DNA of 64,000 nt from Candidatus Latescibacterota bacterium (GCA_011772205.1 WVZY01000016.1:21634-85633), one strand, 5' to 3'. Counted from the first letter of the stretch, positions 1 to 9,422 are shown. A program made the numbers and translations. Notes: a model not told the origin generated them from the letters alone.

Positions 1-2183
1 AAACGGTCGACCTTGTCCATGATCCCCATCATCTCGAATGCCGAATTGAAATATGGCTCGGCTCCGCGGCCATCGAATTGATCGACATAGAGAATGTCTC
101 CGCCTCTTGCTGGACCCGCACCGGGAAGAATCTGCATCTCCATTGGGGCTGCGCAAGCCTCATCGATTTCGTCCACCGCACCCGTGAATTGGCTCCACCA
201 TGTTGAAGCCGCGTTGGCATCCGTTGCTCCGAAGAAGAACCACAGGGTGTCTCCACCCGTAAAGAAATGGTCGTTGAGATCGATGCAGAATTTGTCAGGC
301 ACCGGCCCGGTCCGCGGACCACTCGACTCCGTGAACACCGTGTCGAGGCGGAACTGATACCACGTACGTCCCCCGCAGATCACCGAATCGACCACTGGCC
401 AGCGGTAGCTATTCTCCACGATCTTATCGAGCGGCATCGGCTTGCTTTGAGGGTCGCGAGAGAGATAGAAGTACGCTGCCGAGCCAAATCCGCTCAACGG
501 ATCGGGCTCCTGGAGACCAAACGTCGGCTCGCTTACTGTAACGATTGCGGAATCGCCCGGCACATTGAGCCCGTCGCGATACGCCGTAATGTCGGTCGCT
601 GCATCAATGCGACCGGTTCCAACGCTGGTCCCGTCTTCAGGGAAGGTATCGTTGAAGAGATCGATGTCGCTTACACTCCACTGGGGACCCGTTATGCTAA
701 TGCGTCGGAATACGACATTGTCGAATAGCGGTGAGTGCGTGTGACATTCCTCGTACGGGCAATAATAATATTTGCAATAATCCCCACATCCCAGAGCCAG
801 CTGGACATGAGAGGCGTTAGGCGCGATGAGATCGCCGAGAGGCCGGACGCAAGTCCCCCATTCCTTAATGGAACCGTAATAGATATAATTGCGGTCTCGC
901 CATTTTCCAGGGCACGCATTGACCCAAGATCGAATGTGCCACACATAGAAGACCATTTCCGGCAGCTCCAGATCCAGGTATACATCATAGACCAGCTCAT
1001 AGACCGAACCAGCACCTTGAGTGTGGTCAATAAAAGGCGACCAGATCTCGTTAAAGATGTACTGGCCACGTGAGTTCACATAGGGAACGACGATCTGCTC
1101 GGGGTGCCCGCCACATGCATACGTAGCGGTAGATCCCTCGATAAATGCCCACATGCATGAGAGGTTCCATGCACAAGGATCCTCCTGGAGAAGAGTGCTC
1201 CCATGAAACAATCCAGCAAAATCCCCGTATGGCAGCCCTTTAGCGCAGGTCCAGTCACCGTCAGCTGCAGCGATATCTCCAGAAGACTCATCCTCGAAAT
1301 CCTCGAAGTCATAAACAGTGTAGGCTGTTCCAACAGTAATGCTGTCGATAATGACCGCACCATCCGTATCCCACAAGCCATCCTGATCAGACCAGCCGCC
1401 GTCGGACTCGAATTGGAAACGAATCCTGATGGCGCCTCGATGAGTTGAAATAAGTTCAGTGCGCGACTGCTTCGCTCCAACACCGTCGAAAGTCGCGATC
1501 CCGTGCCAATCCCACGGGGCGATCATTTCAACGCTTGATAACGAATCACATGTACTCTTTGTCGCATACTCGAGGTATGTATAGTCTAAGCCAGGCTCAG
1601 AATCCCAAGCGACAAGGTAGCTAATGAAAATCTCTTCGGTGTCTGGAACTTCGATGCACTTAAAACACCAGCTTTGATCCCATTCATTTCCGTAGCCTGG
1701 GAGAGCTGCGTACCTACAAAGGATCGTGTTTGCCGTATCAGGTCGGGCGCCACACCAAAGCGACTGCGAACCTTCGAGAGGAGCAAGGCGGCCGAATGTC
1801 CCACCATTCAGCCCCGCGAAATCGTCTATATGGAAATAACAGCCGGTCTGCGCGGTCAAATCATGCGACGTCCAAACCTCATCTGTGCATTTTCCTGCCC
1901 CTCCGTCAAACGTCCACTGAGCAAGGATAAACGTATCCGCATGAGCGGATGCCCTGAGCCCCTGCTCTTCCAATGGCCGATCCAAGTCTAGGATGCTCGG
2001 CTTTTCAACGCGAAACTTGTAACGTGCTTGATTTTTTTTAAGAGACGCCCTTCGCGCATGCGTCGGTGAGAAAAAGAAGCTGGCCAACAAAACACTGAGA
2101 ACAAAAACCTTTGAGATGTGGAGTAGATGTAGCTTAAATGATGGAGCGATTAAAAAATACCGATGCGGAGATTTCGAGTACAT
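1..2183 (-). CDS. Large secreted/cell-surface hypothetical protein; the C-terminus runs off the left window edge
   Basis: Hand translation of the minus strand from ATG 2183 (AGGAGG about 8 nt upstream) stays open to base 1, at least 727 codons. It starts MYSKSPHRYFLIAPSFKLHLLHISKVFVLSVLLASFFF (hydrophobic signal/anchor), followed by a Cys/Trp/Asp-rich region (...FESDGGWSDQDGLWDTDGAVIIDSI...). It is absent from the ORF track because it has no stop inside the window. The listed ORFs in 29-1991 are short other-frame shadows. Confidence 0.7.
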   Translation of the reverse strand, partial: MYSKSPHRYFLIAPSFKLHLLHISKVFVLSVLLASFFFSPTHARRASLKKNQARYKFRVEKPSILDLDRPLEEQGLRASAHADTFILAQWTFDGGAGKCTDEVWTSHDLTAQTGCYFHIDDFAGLNGGTFGRLAPLEGSQSLWCGARPDTANTILCRYAALPGYGNEWDQSWCFKCIEVPDTEEIFISYLVAWDSEPGLDYTYLEYATKSTCDSLSSVEMIAPWDWHGIATFDGVGAKQSRTELISTHRGAIRIRFQFESDGGWSDQDGLWDTDGAVIIDSITVGTAYTVYDFEDFEDESSGDIAAADGDWTCAKGLPYGDFAGLFHGSTLLQEDPCAWNLSCMWAFIEGSTATYACGGHPEQIVVPYVNSRGQYIFNEIWSPFIDHTQGAGSVYELVYDVYLDLELPEMVFYVWHIRSWVNACPGKWRDRNYIYYGSIKEWGTCVRPLGDLIAPNASHVQLALGCGDYCKYYYCPYEECHTHSPLFDNVVFRRISITGPQWSVSDIDLFNDTFPEDGTSVGTGRIDAATDITAYRDGLNVPGDSAIVTVSEPTFGLQEPDPLSGFGSAAYFYLSRDPQSKPMPLDKIVENSYRWPVVDSVICGGRTWYQFRLDTVFTESSGPRTGPVPDKFCIDLNDHFFTGGDTLWFFFGATDANAASTWWSQFTGAVDEIDEACAAPMEMQILPGAGPARGGDILYVDQFDGRGAEPYFNSAFEMMGIMDKVDR

Positions 2184-2333
2184 AATGACTACCTCCTAAC
2201 GCTCATGCGCTTCCTTTCTGATAAGTGCCGAATCGTTATGCTTGAGCACTGGATTGTGGGATCACGATAGAAGTATATCATATAATTAACGATATCCAAA
2301 GGACAAAGGTCGCCGCCGATCCCCATTCTTCCC

Positions 2334-3224
2334 CTATTCCAGGCACATGTCTATTTTGAGTCCGAGGACTCTGCCATGGCAATCCTCAGCAAGACAGAAC
2401 TTATAAAAGCCTCCTGGCCTGACAACACCCTTCGCTACTTGCATGCCAAGAGCAACACTATTAGAAAATCGATCATCAAATTCTGGATATTCTTCAGTCA
2501 GGATAAACTCCCCAGCGTACTCAAGAAATACAGCTATATGTGAAAAATGTATCCCTCCCGATACACCGCAGTGATAGAGAAGCTCGATCTCTCTCGTCCT
2601 TTTCCCTGTAGGTATCCATATATCTTGCCCAAATTCGAATACAAACTTACCGCCGCGAGATGGAATAAGGTGATAAGCAAAATTACCGTATATGCTCAGT
2701 GTCTTTGGCCAATACTTTTCCCTTTCGTAGAAATTCGTCTTCAAACTGAACTCACTGAAGCTGGTTTGTTCTGAAGCTGTTGGCAGGAATATGCCAGCAG
2801 ATACATTCGCGCCCGTTTCCTCCGTATAAACCCACCGTTTCTGAAGCCCGAGAAAAATATTGCCGATACCGTTCTCTTTATACGTACTTCTAATAGACGC
2901 AAAAGGATATATGGATGGGTCTCGGCGGGCATGATAAACAATTACTGGCAGCGAATAGATGAAATTAATATCTGAACTCACAGGCAAGTTGCAAGATAAA
3001 TCATAAATCCCCGAAAATCTCGAAAGATCATAATTCCGAGGCGAATACTCGTCTCCAAAGTACGGCCTCAGATACCTTAACGTGATTTGAGATTTACTCG
3101 TGGGAATACTCTGCAAAAGAACATTTTGCGCTGATGCAATGTCAACCGACAGTCCTGCACAAAGCAGCAAAGCTGATACTATTGAAGAGCGTTTTCCCAA
3201 GGCCGAATCGGCAAAACATGCCAT
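2334..3224 (-). CDS. Hypothetical secreted protein, possibly an outer-membrane beta-barrel
   Basis: ORF 2334..3281. The preferred start is ATG 3224 (GGAGG upstream), which gives a signal-like N-terminus MACFADSALGKRSSIVSALLLCAGLSVDIASAQ. The sequence has alternating aromatic/hydrophobic strand-like segments and no enzymatic motif. The fold is inferred from composition only. Confidence 0.5.
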   Translation of the reverse strand: MACFADSALGKRSSIVSALLLCAGLSVDIASAQNVLLQSIPTSKSQITLRYLRPYFGDEYSPRNYDLSRFSGIYDLSCNLPVSSDINFIYSLPVIVYHARRDPSIYPFASIRSTYKENGIGNIFLGLQKRWVYTEETGANVSAGIFLPTASEQTSFSEFSLKTNFYEREKYWPKTLSIYGNFAYHLIPSRGGKFVFEFGQDIWIPTGKRTREIELLYHCGVSGGIHFSHIAVFLEYAGEFILTEEYPEFDDRFSNSVALGMQVAKGVVRPGGFYKFCLAEDCHGRVLGLKIDMCLE

Positions 3225-3334
3225 TTGGACCTCCGCTTCTTGAACGCTGAGAACGAGGAGCGTGAATGAGACACGCAGCATCTAAGGTTTTTCAAGCCGG
3301 CCTCCCATTTCACGCCGCTACAGATGATTTACTT

Positions 3335-4702
3335 TTACTTTAGCAAGATCATTTTCCTCGTCAGTGCTTTATGTCCAGCTCTCAAGCGATAAAAATACAC
3401 TCCCGATCCGACTAAAGCCCCCCTGGCGTCAGTGCCGTCCCAGGTAAATTCTCTAACTCCTCTATCAAACCCAAACGCCTCATTGAAAAGAACCTTGATC
3501 AATTTGCCTTCTACATCGTAGATCGATAGATTAGCGAAAGAGTTCTCGGGAACCGTAAAAGATATGGTTGTCGTAGGACTGAATGGATTGGGATAATTCT
3601 GGCACAGTGCAAATCGACTCGATGGAATTGGTTCCTCAATTCCTGTCACCGTGCAACCCACAGGAAATGCCCCTATGAGCTGGCTACATAGGCTGTGATC
3701 AGGAGATGCCGGCGAAATGTCGGCAATCTTGAAGTTATGGTCGTCAGGATTGCAAAAACAGGGATCATCGATTTTATCGGCCGGGCCGAGGGGATCCCCT
3801 TGGATAGCACCATACTCGTTCGACCAAAATAGATTGCAGGCATGCACGCCGGCTGAGTCCATATATGCCAGGCCAAATCCTTCGGAATCGTCGCAAAAAA
3901 TATTTCGCAATATTGTGACAGTGGGGCTCCAGTGTATATTGATCGTTGCACCGTCTGGCGATACATTTGAATAGAACGTATTGTTCCACACATGCCCCGC
4001 CCCGACATAATAGTAGATGCACCCTGAAGTGACTGCGGAATTCTCGTAAAAAAGGTTATTGAACACTTCCATGCGACTCGAACTCGCGCACACGAGCGCT
4101 CCGCCTCCCTCTTGTGCGGAGTTTTCGCAAAACGTGCAATTTGTAATTCTCATCTCCCCATCGAGGAGCACCGCGGCGGCGCCGCCTTTATGATGGGCAT
4201 GGTTTCCTATGAAGGTGCATTTGTCTATTTCCGATCGGGATTCGGGATTGGCCACGACGATCGCTCCGCCATCGTAAGTTGACACGTTGTTTTCGAAGAC
4301 GCAATCGCGCAAGGTAACCCAAGCGCTCGACCCGACTCGCACGGAACCTCCGTTATTTGTGTGGTATCCATCGATAAACGTGAATCCACTTATTTCAGTT
4401 TCCGCGCCGCCCCAGAATACGATATGGCGATGGATGCCATTGCCGTCTATGATCGTATTTTCAGGACCATCGGTTGACACGAACGTCAAAGTGAAATTGA
4501 CTTCGAAATACTCCGGATACTTTCCAGGTCCAACTTCGATGGTATCAAATGGAATTGCCGCAGCAACAGCATCTGTGATGGTGTCGTAGTCTCCTGTGTT
4601 GTCCTTCCGGACGATGATGACGCGAGCGGAGCCCAAAATGGGATGAAATATGAATGGAGAGGATATGACCAGCAAAAGGAACGTAATTGCTTTTGTCCGC
4701 AT
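3335..4702 (-). CDS. Right-handed parallel beta-helix repeat protein with a T9SS-type C-terminal sorting domain
   Basis: ORF 3335..4789. Start ATG 4702 gives the signal peptide MRTKAITFLLLVISSPFIFHPILGSA. It contains repeated beta-helix rungs (GGAIVV, GGAAAV, GGGALV, NxF/NNxF). The C-terminus LCQNYPNPFSPTTTISF...GVYFYRLRAGHKALTRKMILLK is typical of T9SS / FlgD-Ig-like C-terminal domains. Confidence 0.75.
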   Translation of the reverse strand: MRTKAITFLLLVISSPFIFHPILGSARVIIVRKDNTGDYDTITDAVAAAIPFDTIEVGPGKYPEYFEVNFTLTFVSTDGPENTIIDGNGIHRHIVFWGGAETEISGFTFIDGYHTNNGGSVRVGSSAWVTLRDCVFENNVSTYDGGAIVVANPESRSEIDKCTFIGNHAHHKGGAAAVLLDGEMRITNCTFCENSAQEGGGALVCASSSRMEVFNNLFYENSAVTSGCIYYYVGAGHVWNNTFYSNVSPDGATINIHWSPTVTILRNIFCDDSEGFGLAYMDSAGVHACNLFWSNEYGAIQGDPLGPADKIDDPCFCNPDDHNFKIADISPASPDHSLCSQLIGAFPVGCTVTGIEEPIPSSRFALCQNYPNPFSPTTTISFTVPENSFANLSIYDVEGKLIKVLFNEAFGFDRGVREFTWDGTDARGALVGSGVYFYRLRAGHKALTRKMILLK

Positions 4703-4796
4703 GACGATACCCCCCTGATCAATCGGGAGTTGGAGCAAATGTCTCAGCACATGGCGATTGATTATCCGAGGTTTGCCTCTCCCTTGCATATGAGCA

Positions 4797-4931
4797 TTAT
4801 TTCAACAACACAATCTTCCTGCTCTGAGTTTGCCCTCCTGATTCAAGCTTGATGAAATAGACTCCAGAGCTCACCTTATCGCCATTTTGATCCCGCCCAT
4901 CCCATGACACGCGATGCTCGCCTTTTGATTG
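4797..4931 (-). pseudogene. Orphan relic of a T9SS C-terminal sorting domain (distal half only)
   Basis: Hand translation gives QSKGEHRVSWDGRDQNGDKVSSGVYFIKLESGGQTQSRKIVLLK followed by a stop. There is an in-frame TGA directly upstream (4932-4934) and no start codon or cargo domain. Confidence 0.6.
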
Positions 4932-5587
4932 TCAGCGAGGAGCCATCGCAATGCATGCCCCCACCTAAGCTGTTGCTTCCTCTCTTGACTGTTAGGAGTT
5001 GTTTCATAACAACATCACCTCGTGTGAAATAGCGCATCGTTCAAGAGTGATGGATGGGAACCTGATCTGCAAAGCTTACATTCTTAGAAGCACTTCTTCA
5101 TTTGTCGTATAACAATTTCCAGATCCATGAATCGTAGGATCCGGGTAAGATCTTCGTCCTCGAGGAAATGAATCAAAGATGCATTGTGGATTACTGCAGA
5201 ACGCGATGAAGAAATGTTCAAGAAGGATAATTTCGAAGGTGCTGAATTAATTGCGATCCCTCCCCCATCAATAAACCCTTCCCCTCGAGACGCGCCTGGC
5301 TGTTTGGTGTGCAGGGGATTTGGATAAGCGCGCAGATTATACCATAAAATAAACAATAATTGAAGGGCGAAGGGCAACAGTCGATGCACATCGACATTGG
5401 CAGGAGGACACCGTATATGCACACTGATGAAAATTGCGTTTCCCTTTATACACCTTACCCCCTTTATCCACAAAAAGCTGAAAAATAGAAAGATAGCTCA
5501 TTGATCCCTGCATTAAAAATGATCCACTCAAGACGCCACACGCTGGGTATAGCCGTCGATTTTTCTATAAGAACGTACTTTGCCCCT

Positions 5588-5785
5588 CTACTTTAAAAGC
5601 AGCATCTTCCTCGTCTGGACGAAGTTCTTCGTGTGCAGCCTGTAGAAATATATTCCAGTGGCTACCGACTGACCCATCTCGTTCCTGCCATCCCAGGTAA
5701 CCGCGAAGCATTCCGGGCGATGTGTTTGATATTCATTGACAAGCATTCGCACCAGCTGTCCGGCGACGTTATAGACCTTGATCCA
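5588..5785 (-). pseudogene. Orphan relic of a T9SS C-terminal sorting domain
   Basis: Hand translation gives WIKVYNVAGQLVRMLVNEYQTHRPECFAVTWDGRNEMGQSVATGIYFYRLHTKNFVQTRKMLLLK followed by a stop. There is an in-frame TGA at 5786-5788 where repeat copy A (5780..5893) overlaps the fragment's 5' end. No cargo domain lies upstream. Confidence 0.65.
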
Positions 5786-5893
5786 TCAAAATCCAACATT
5801 GCGCATGTCTCGTTTGCCGCGAGACGATTTCCGCAGCGCGCTATAACTTTAGACGCACGAGAGGACCATGAGCCGAGTGGTAGACGAGACATG
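5780..5893. repeat. Copy A of a ~90-bp element bounded by 10-bp terminal inverted repeats (CATGTCTCGT...ACGAGACATG), with a 24-nt flank on its left
   Basis: Core 5804..5893 matches 54323..54412 in the same orientation, with 7 mismatches in 90 nt by hand alignment. Flank 5780..5803 (GATCCATCAAAATCCAACATTGCG) recurs reverse-complemented on the other side of copy B. Confidence 0.7.
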
Positions 5894-6009
5894 CGAAGTC
5901 ATTTGAACGTAATTATCACCAGGTACTTCACAAGATAAATCGCTGCGATTTTCCGACGGATTCAGGTTAGAGTCGAACGCTTCTCGGCGTCATCTGGAAA
6001 TCCACACCA

Positions 6010-7071
6010 TCAATCGAGATCAAATCCCAATCCCGGCTTGCCCGTCGGGTACAGCATCCCTTTTCGGAGAATCACTGCTCCGGCCGACGGGTCGCCCTCG
6101 AGATCGAGGTGTCCATCCAGGTCGCAGTACGCCACGTTGGGCCTTGCCAGTGCAAAGCTGAGTCCCGCGGCAATTGCGAGCGCGGCCTCGTCCATGCACC
6201 CCACCATGACTTCCAGGCCGGCCGATCGCGCAACGGCATTTACCAGCTCCGCCTCGCAGATCCCTCCGACCTTCATCAGCTTCACGTTGACCATGTCGAC
6301 GAGATCCCGTTTCGCCAGGCGAAACGCATCCCGAAGGCTGGTGAGGCTTTCGTCTGCCATGATCGGCAGATGGGCCTTCTTTGTCACTCTTCCCAACAAC
6401 TCCGCGTCAGCGCTCGTGGTGGGTTGTTCGAAGAGCTCGAGTCGCGTTTGCCGGGTGGCTACGATGAACTTGAGTGATTCCCTGACCGAGTATCCCTGAT
6501 TGGCATCGAAGCGGAGCTCGATGTTGTCTCCAACTTTCTCTCGCACCCGGCGAATTCGGTCGATGTCCTCATCGACGTCCAGGCCGCCTTTGATCTTCAG
6601 GGCACGGAAGCCCTCGGCAACACGGCGCGCGGCGTGTTCGGTGGTCTGCTCAACAGACATGATGCCGATGGTAACGCTGGTCTTGAAACCCCGACGAAAT
6701 CCTCCCAAAAGCCTCCAAAGCGGGAGTCCTGTGACTTTTCCCAAAATGTCGTGGACGGCCATGTCCAATGCGGCAATGGCCGCGGGCTGCCCTTTGAGCA
6801 CCGATTTGATGCGCTCGACGAGTCGCGCCACCCGCAGCGGATCGGCTCCCCGCAAACGGTCGGCCGATTGGGCGATCCCGCTCAGCACGGACTCGCACGT
6901 CTCCCCCGTCACGTTCGCATCGGGCGCCGAGCAGCCATACCCGGTCACCCCTCGCGACGTTTCGATACGAACGAACACGTTCGTCGCGGCTTCAACGGTT
7001 TCATATGCTATCGTGTACGGCTCGCGCAGCCTCATCTCTACCGGCCACGCTTCCACCTTGGTGATCTTCAT
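6010..7071 (-). CDS. Enolase-superfamily dipeptide epimerase / N-acyl-amino-acid racemase-like enzyme (MR/MLE family)
   Basis: ORF 6010..7173. The start ATG 7071 gives MKITKVEAWPVEMRLREPYTIAYETVEAATNVFVRIETSRGVTGYGC..., the typical N-terminal capping domain. The barrel motifs are KIKGG, RFDANQGY, LFEQP and MADES. Confidence 0.8.
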   Translation of the reverse strand: MKITKVEAWPVEMRLREPYTIAYETVEAATNVFVRIETSRGVTGYGCSAPDANVTGETCESVLSGIAQSADRLRGADPLRVARLVERIKSVLKGQPAAIAALDMAVHDILGKVTGLPLWRLLGGFRRGFKTSVTIGIMSVEQTTEHAARRVAEGFRALKIKGGLDVDEDIDRIRRVREKVGDNIELRFDANQGYSVRESLKFIVATRQTRLELFEQPTTSADAELLGRVTKKAHLPIMADESLTSLRDAFRLAKRDLVDMVNVKLMKVGGICEAELVNAVARSAGLEVMVGCMDEAALAIAAGLSFALARPNVAYCDLDGHLDLEGDPSAGAVILRKGMLYPTGKPGLGFDLD

Positions 7072-7085
7072 GACACCAACCGCAC

Positions 7086-9422
7086 TCAGTAACGTTTCTG
7101 AAATATTTCGTCCAGCGAGAGCTTCTTGAGGTCCTCCACGAAGGCAACGAGATGTTTGACCATCGCATCCCACATTTTCTTCCCCTTCTCCGCGCTGGCC
7201 CGCGTGGGGTCGCCCATCACACCGCTGTCGGAAATTCTTTTCGTGAAGGCATGCCAGGAGATGGCGCGCTTTGAAGTGAAGTTCAAGTAGTGGCTGGAAA
7301 ACTCCGGCACGAGCTTCTCCGCGAACTCCATGCGAACGAGCTCCGGCCGCGTGGCCAGGCTCGTGCTCGTCTCGATCTCGCCGGCATGGACGTCATTGAA
7401 TGTTTCGGTCATCGACTCGATGTCCACGTCGCTCGTCTCACCCGTATCCACACAAACGAAAATGCGGGCGTCGCGGTTGATCTGCTGAGCGGCAAAGTTT
7501 AGCGCCGGTGTGTTGCCGGCGTGGCCGTTGATGATGACCAGCTTGGTAATGCCGTTTTTCGCCGCGCTCATGCCGATCTCGTACACCATGCTGGCGAGGG
7601 TCTGGTTGCCGATGCTGATCGTTCCGCTGAAATCGTCATGGTGATACGACACGCCGTATGATATCAGCGGAAAGACGATAGGCTTTGGATCGCTGCATGC
7701 TTTGGCCACGCTCGTTGCCAGATATTCCGCGTCGAAGGCGTCCGTATCGAGGGGCAGGTGCGGTCCGTGCTGCTCGATCGAGCCCACGGGCAGCAGTGCG
7801 ACGTCCGTTTCCTTGAATCGCTTTTTCGCTTCGGGCCACGTCATTTCCGCCAGCGAGTGCATGCTGCTGCGAGCGGCACTGCGGCTGGGTGACTTGCGCC
7901 GCCGGTCGCGTCTCTCGAACGGGTACGGGCGGTTGATCGCCGGATCGTTGAGCAAATCGACATCTTCCCACAGCCGTCCCATGCGGCGTACCGCTCCGTC
8001 GGCGTGCTCGAGCAGGATCCGGTAGAGGGGCGCCCGAATGTCGGCTGGAATGCTGTCCGGAGGCGACTTCTCGCCATCGAATCGCAGCTTGAGGATCTCG
8101 CGCCGCTGCTTTGCTGCGTGTTTGCTTTTGCCGCGCAGGCGAACCACTTCTCTTTCCTCGAGCATCCACATGAGCTGCTCGGCGCCGGACCGCTCCTGAT
8201 GAACCCCCTGGGTCACCAGCGCATCCAGGCAAAGGTCGATCTGCTGTTTTGTATAACCGCAGCGGGTCGGATCGCCGCCGTTGGCCAGTACCATACCGAC
8301 GATACGACGGCACTTCTCACATTTCCCGCAGGGGTACGCCCGTTTCCCCACTGTGGTTGCGGCGTGGCAGGACATTTGATGTGCGAACAAATTAGGGTAG
8401 CGCTGCACGAGAACGCGCTCGATCATGAGTTCGGACAGCGGCCGTAGAAGGGAGAACTGACTCAACGGCCAGCTCTTTTTGGCATAGTAGCGGCTGAGTG
8501 CATTGTCGAAGTAGCGGCTCTGGTCGTACAGGCCGTCGTAATGCGTGATCCCGTGGTACGTGGTTCGAGCGCTCGTGTCGTGTTCATCGCCGATAACCAG
8601 ACGCGCCGCGCCTCGTTTACGCACGAGCGGCAGCGCGCCAAAAAGGAATACGGCGACCGTCCACAACCGGATCGGATACTCATCCGAACGCAGCTGCGCA
8701 AAGTCCGGCCTGATGAACGGCAGCCGCCGAAGCATCCAGGCAAACATGCGATCCGAGGTCATCCACACGCGCGTCGTGTTCGCCACGTTCTCGTGGAAAT
8801 GCCGATAAGCATTGAGCGCGGTGAACCAGTGTCTACCGGACTCGTTGCCAAATATCGGGTGCACCTCGTAACCGAGTTCGTTCAACAGTCCATAGCTCAG
8901 CAAGCTGTCTTTGCCACCGCTGGACAGGACGGCGATCTTGTTGCGGTTACTGTTCGATGGTTCCCAGGTAATGCGCTCCCTGCTGGAGAAGCTTTCGAAT
9001 ATGAGTTCGGCGCGCAGGTAGCGGTTTTGCTTGACTATGGGGAGTCTTGCCGCTTCCGCTTTCAAGAACGGATTTGGCTCGAGAAGCTTCTTTACATAGA
9101 TTTCGCGCGCTGTGTTCTCCGCCATGTCACGCAGAAAGCGGCGGTCAACGGCGTCGAACGTCCCGTGAAAGACGATCCTGCCGCAGAAAAGACCGTAATT
9201 GAGCGCCACCTGAGCAGCGATCATATTGGCGAGGTTCACATCGGCGGGATCCTGTGGGTCGAACACCTCTTCGGCATATCGGAACATCAGCTCGGAGGTG
9301 TGGCGGGTACCTTTTTGAACAACGGCGTGCGGAGCAACCAGACGGCGTTTTTCCACCTTCACGGGTCCAACATGCAGCTCGTCGATGACGTTCAGGATCC
9401 GGAGCGGGTCGGCCTGTTTCAT
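7086..9422 (-). CDS. Fusion protein: N-terminal PP-loop (SGGKDS) ATP-pyrophosphatase-like domain with a Cys cluster, plus a C-terminal creatininase-family amidohydrolase domain
   Basis: ORF 7086..9605. The preferred start ATG 9422 overlaps the upstream stop (ATGA). The N-terminal part contains AVLSSGGKDSLLSYGLL (PP-loop) and CHAATTVGKRAYPCGKCEKC. The C-terminal ~240 aa contains LPVGSIEQHGPHLPLDTD, INGHAGN and HAGEIETS, which are creatininase-family signatures. Confidence 0.75.
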   Translation of the reverse strand: MKQADPLRILNVIDELHVGPVKVEKRRLVAPHAVVQKGTRHTSELMFRYAEEVFDPQDPADVNLANMIAAQVALNYGLFCGRIVFHGTFDAVDRRFLRDMAENTAREIYVKKLLEPNPFLKAEAARLPIVKQNRYLRAELIFESFSSRERITWEPSNSNRNKIAVLSSGGKDSLLSYGLLNELGYEVHPIFGNESGRHWFTALNAYRHFHENVANTTRVWMTSDRMFAWMLRRLPFIRPDFAQLRSDEYPIRLWTVAVFLFGALPLVRKRGAARLVIGDEHDTSARTTYHGITHYDGLYDQSRYFDNALSRYYAKKSWPLSQFSLLRPLSELMIERVLVQRYPNLFAHQMSCHAATTVGKRAYPCGKCEKCRRIVGMVLANGGDPTRCGYTKQQIDLCLDALVTQGVHQERSGAEQLMWMLEEREVVRLRGKSKHAAKQRREILKLRFDGEKSPPDSIPADIRAPLYRILLEHADGAVRRMGRLWEDVDLLNDPAINRPYPFERRDRRRKSPSRSAARSSMHSLAEMTWPEAKKRFKETDVALLPVGSIEQHGPHLPLDTDAFDAEYLATSVAKACSDPKPIVFPLISYGVSYHHDDFSGTISIGNQTLASMVYEIGMSAAKNGITKLVIINGHAGNTPALNFAAQQINRDARIFVCVDTGETSDVDIESMTETFNDVHAGEIETSTSLATRPELVRMEFAEKLVPEFSSHYLNFTSKRAISWHAFTKRISDSGVMGDPTRASAEKGKKMWDAMVKHLVAFVEDLKKLSLDEIFQKRY

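Noticed and set aside
5084-5473. 129-aa minus-strand ORF in the decayed region
   Set aside because: It shows only faint resemblance to a T9SS domain and has no credible start context. It is treated as part of the decay zone rather than as a gene.
5804-5893. tRNA-like string GCCGAGTGGT inside the repeat core, suggesting a class II tRNA D-loop
   Set aside because: It sits near the 3' end of the element. No acceptor, anticodon or T-arm cloverleaf can be drawn on either strand.
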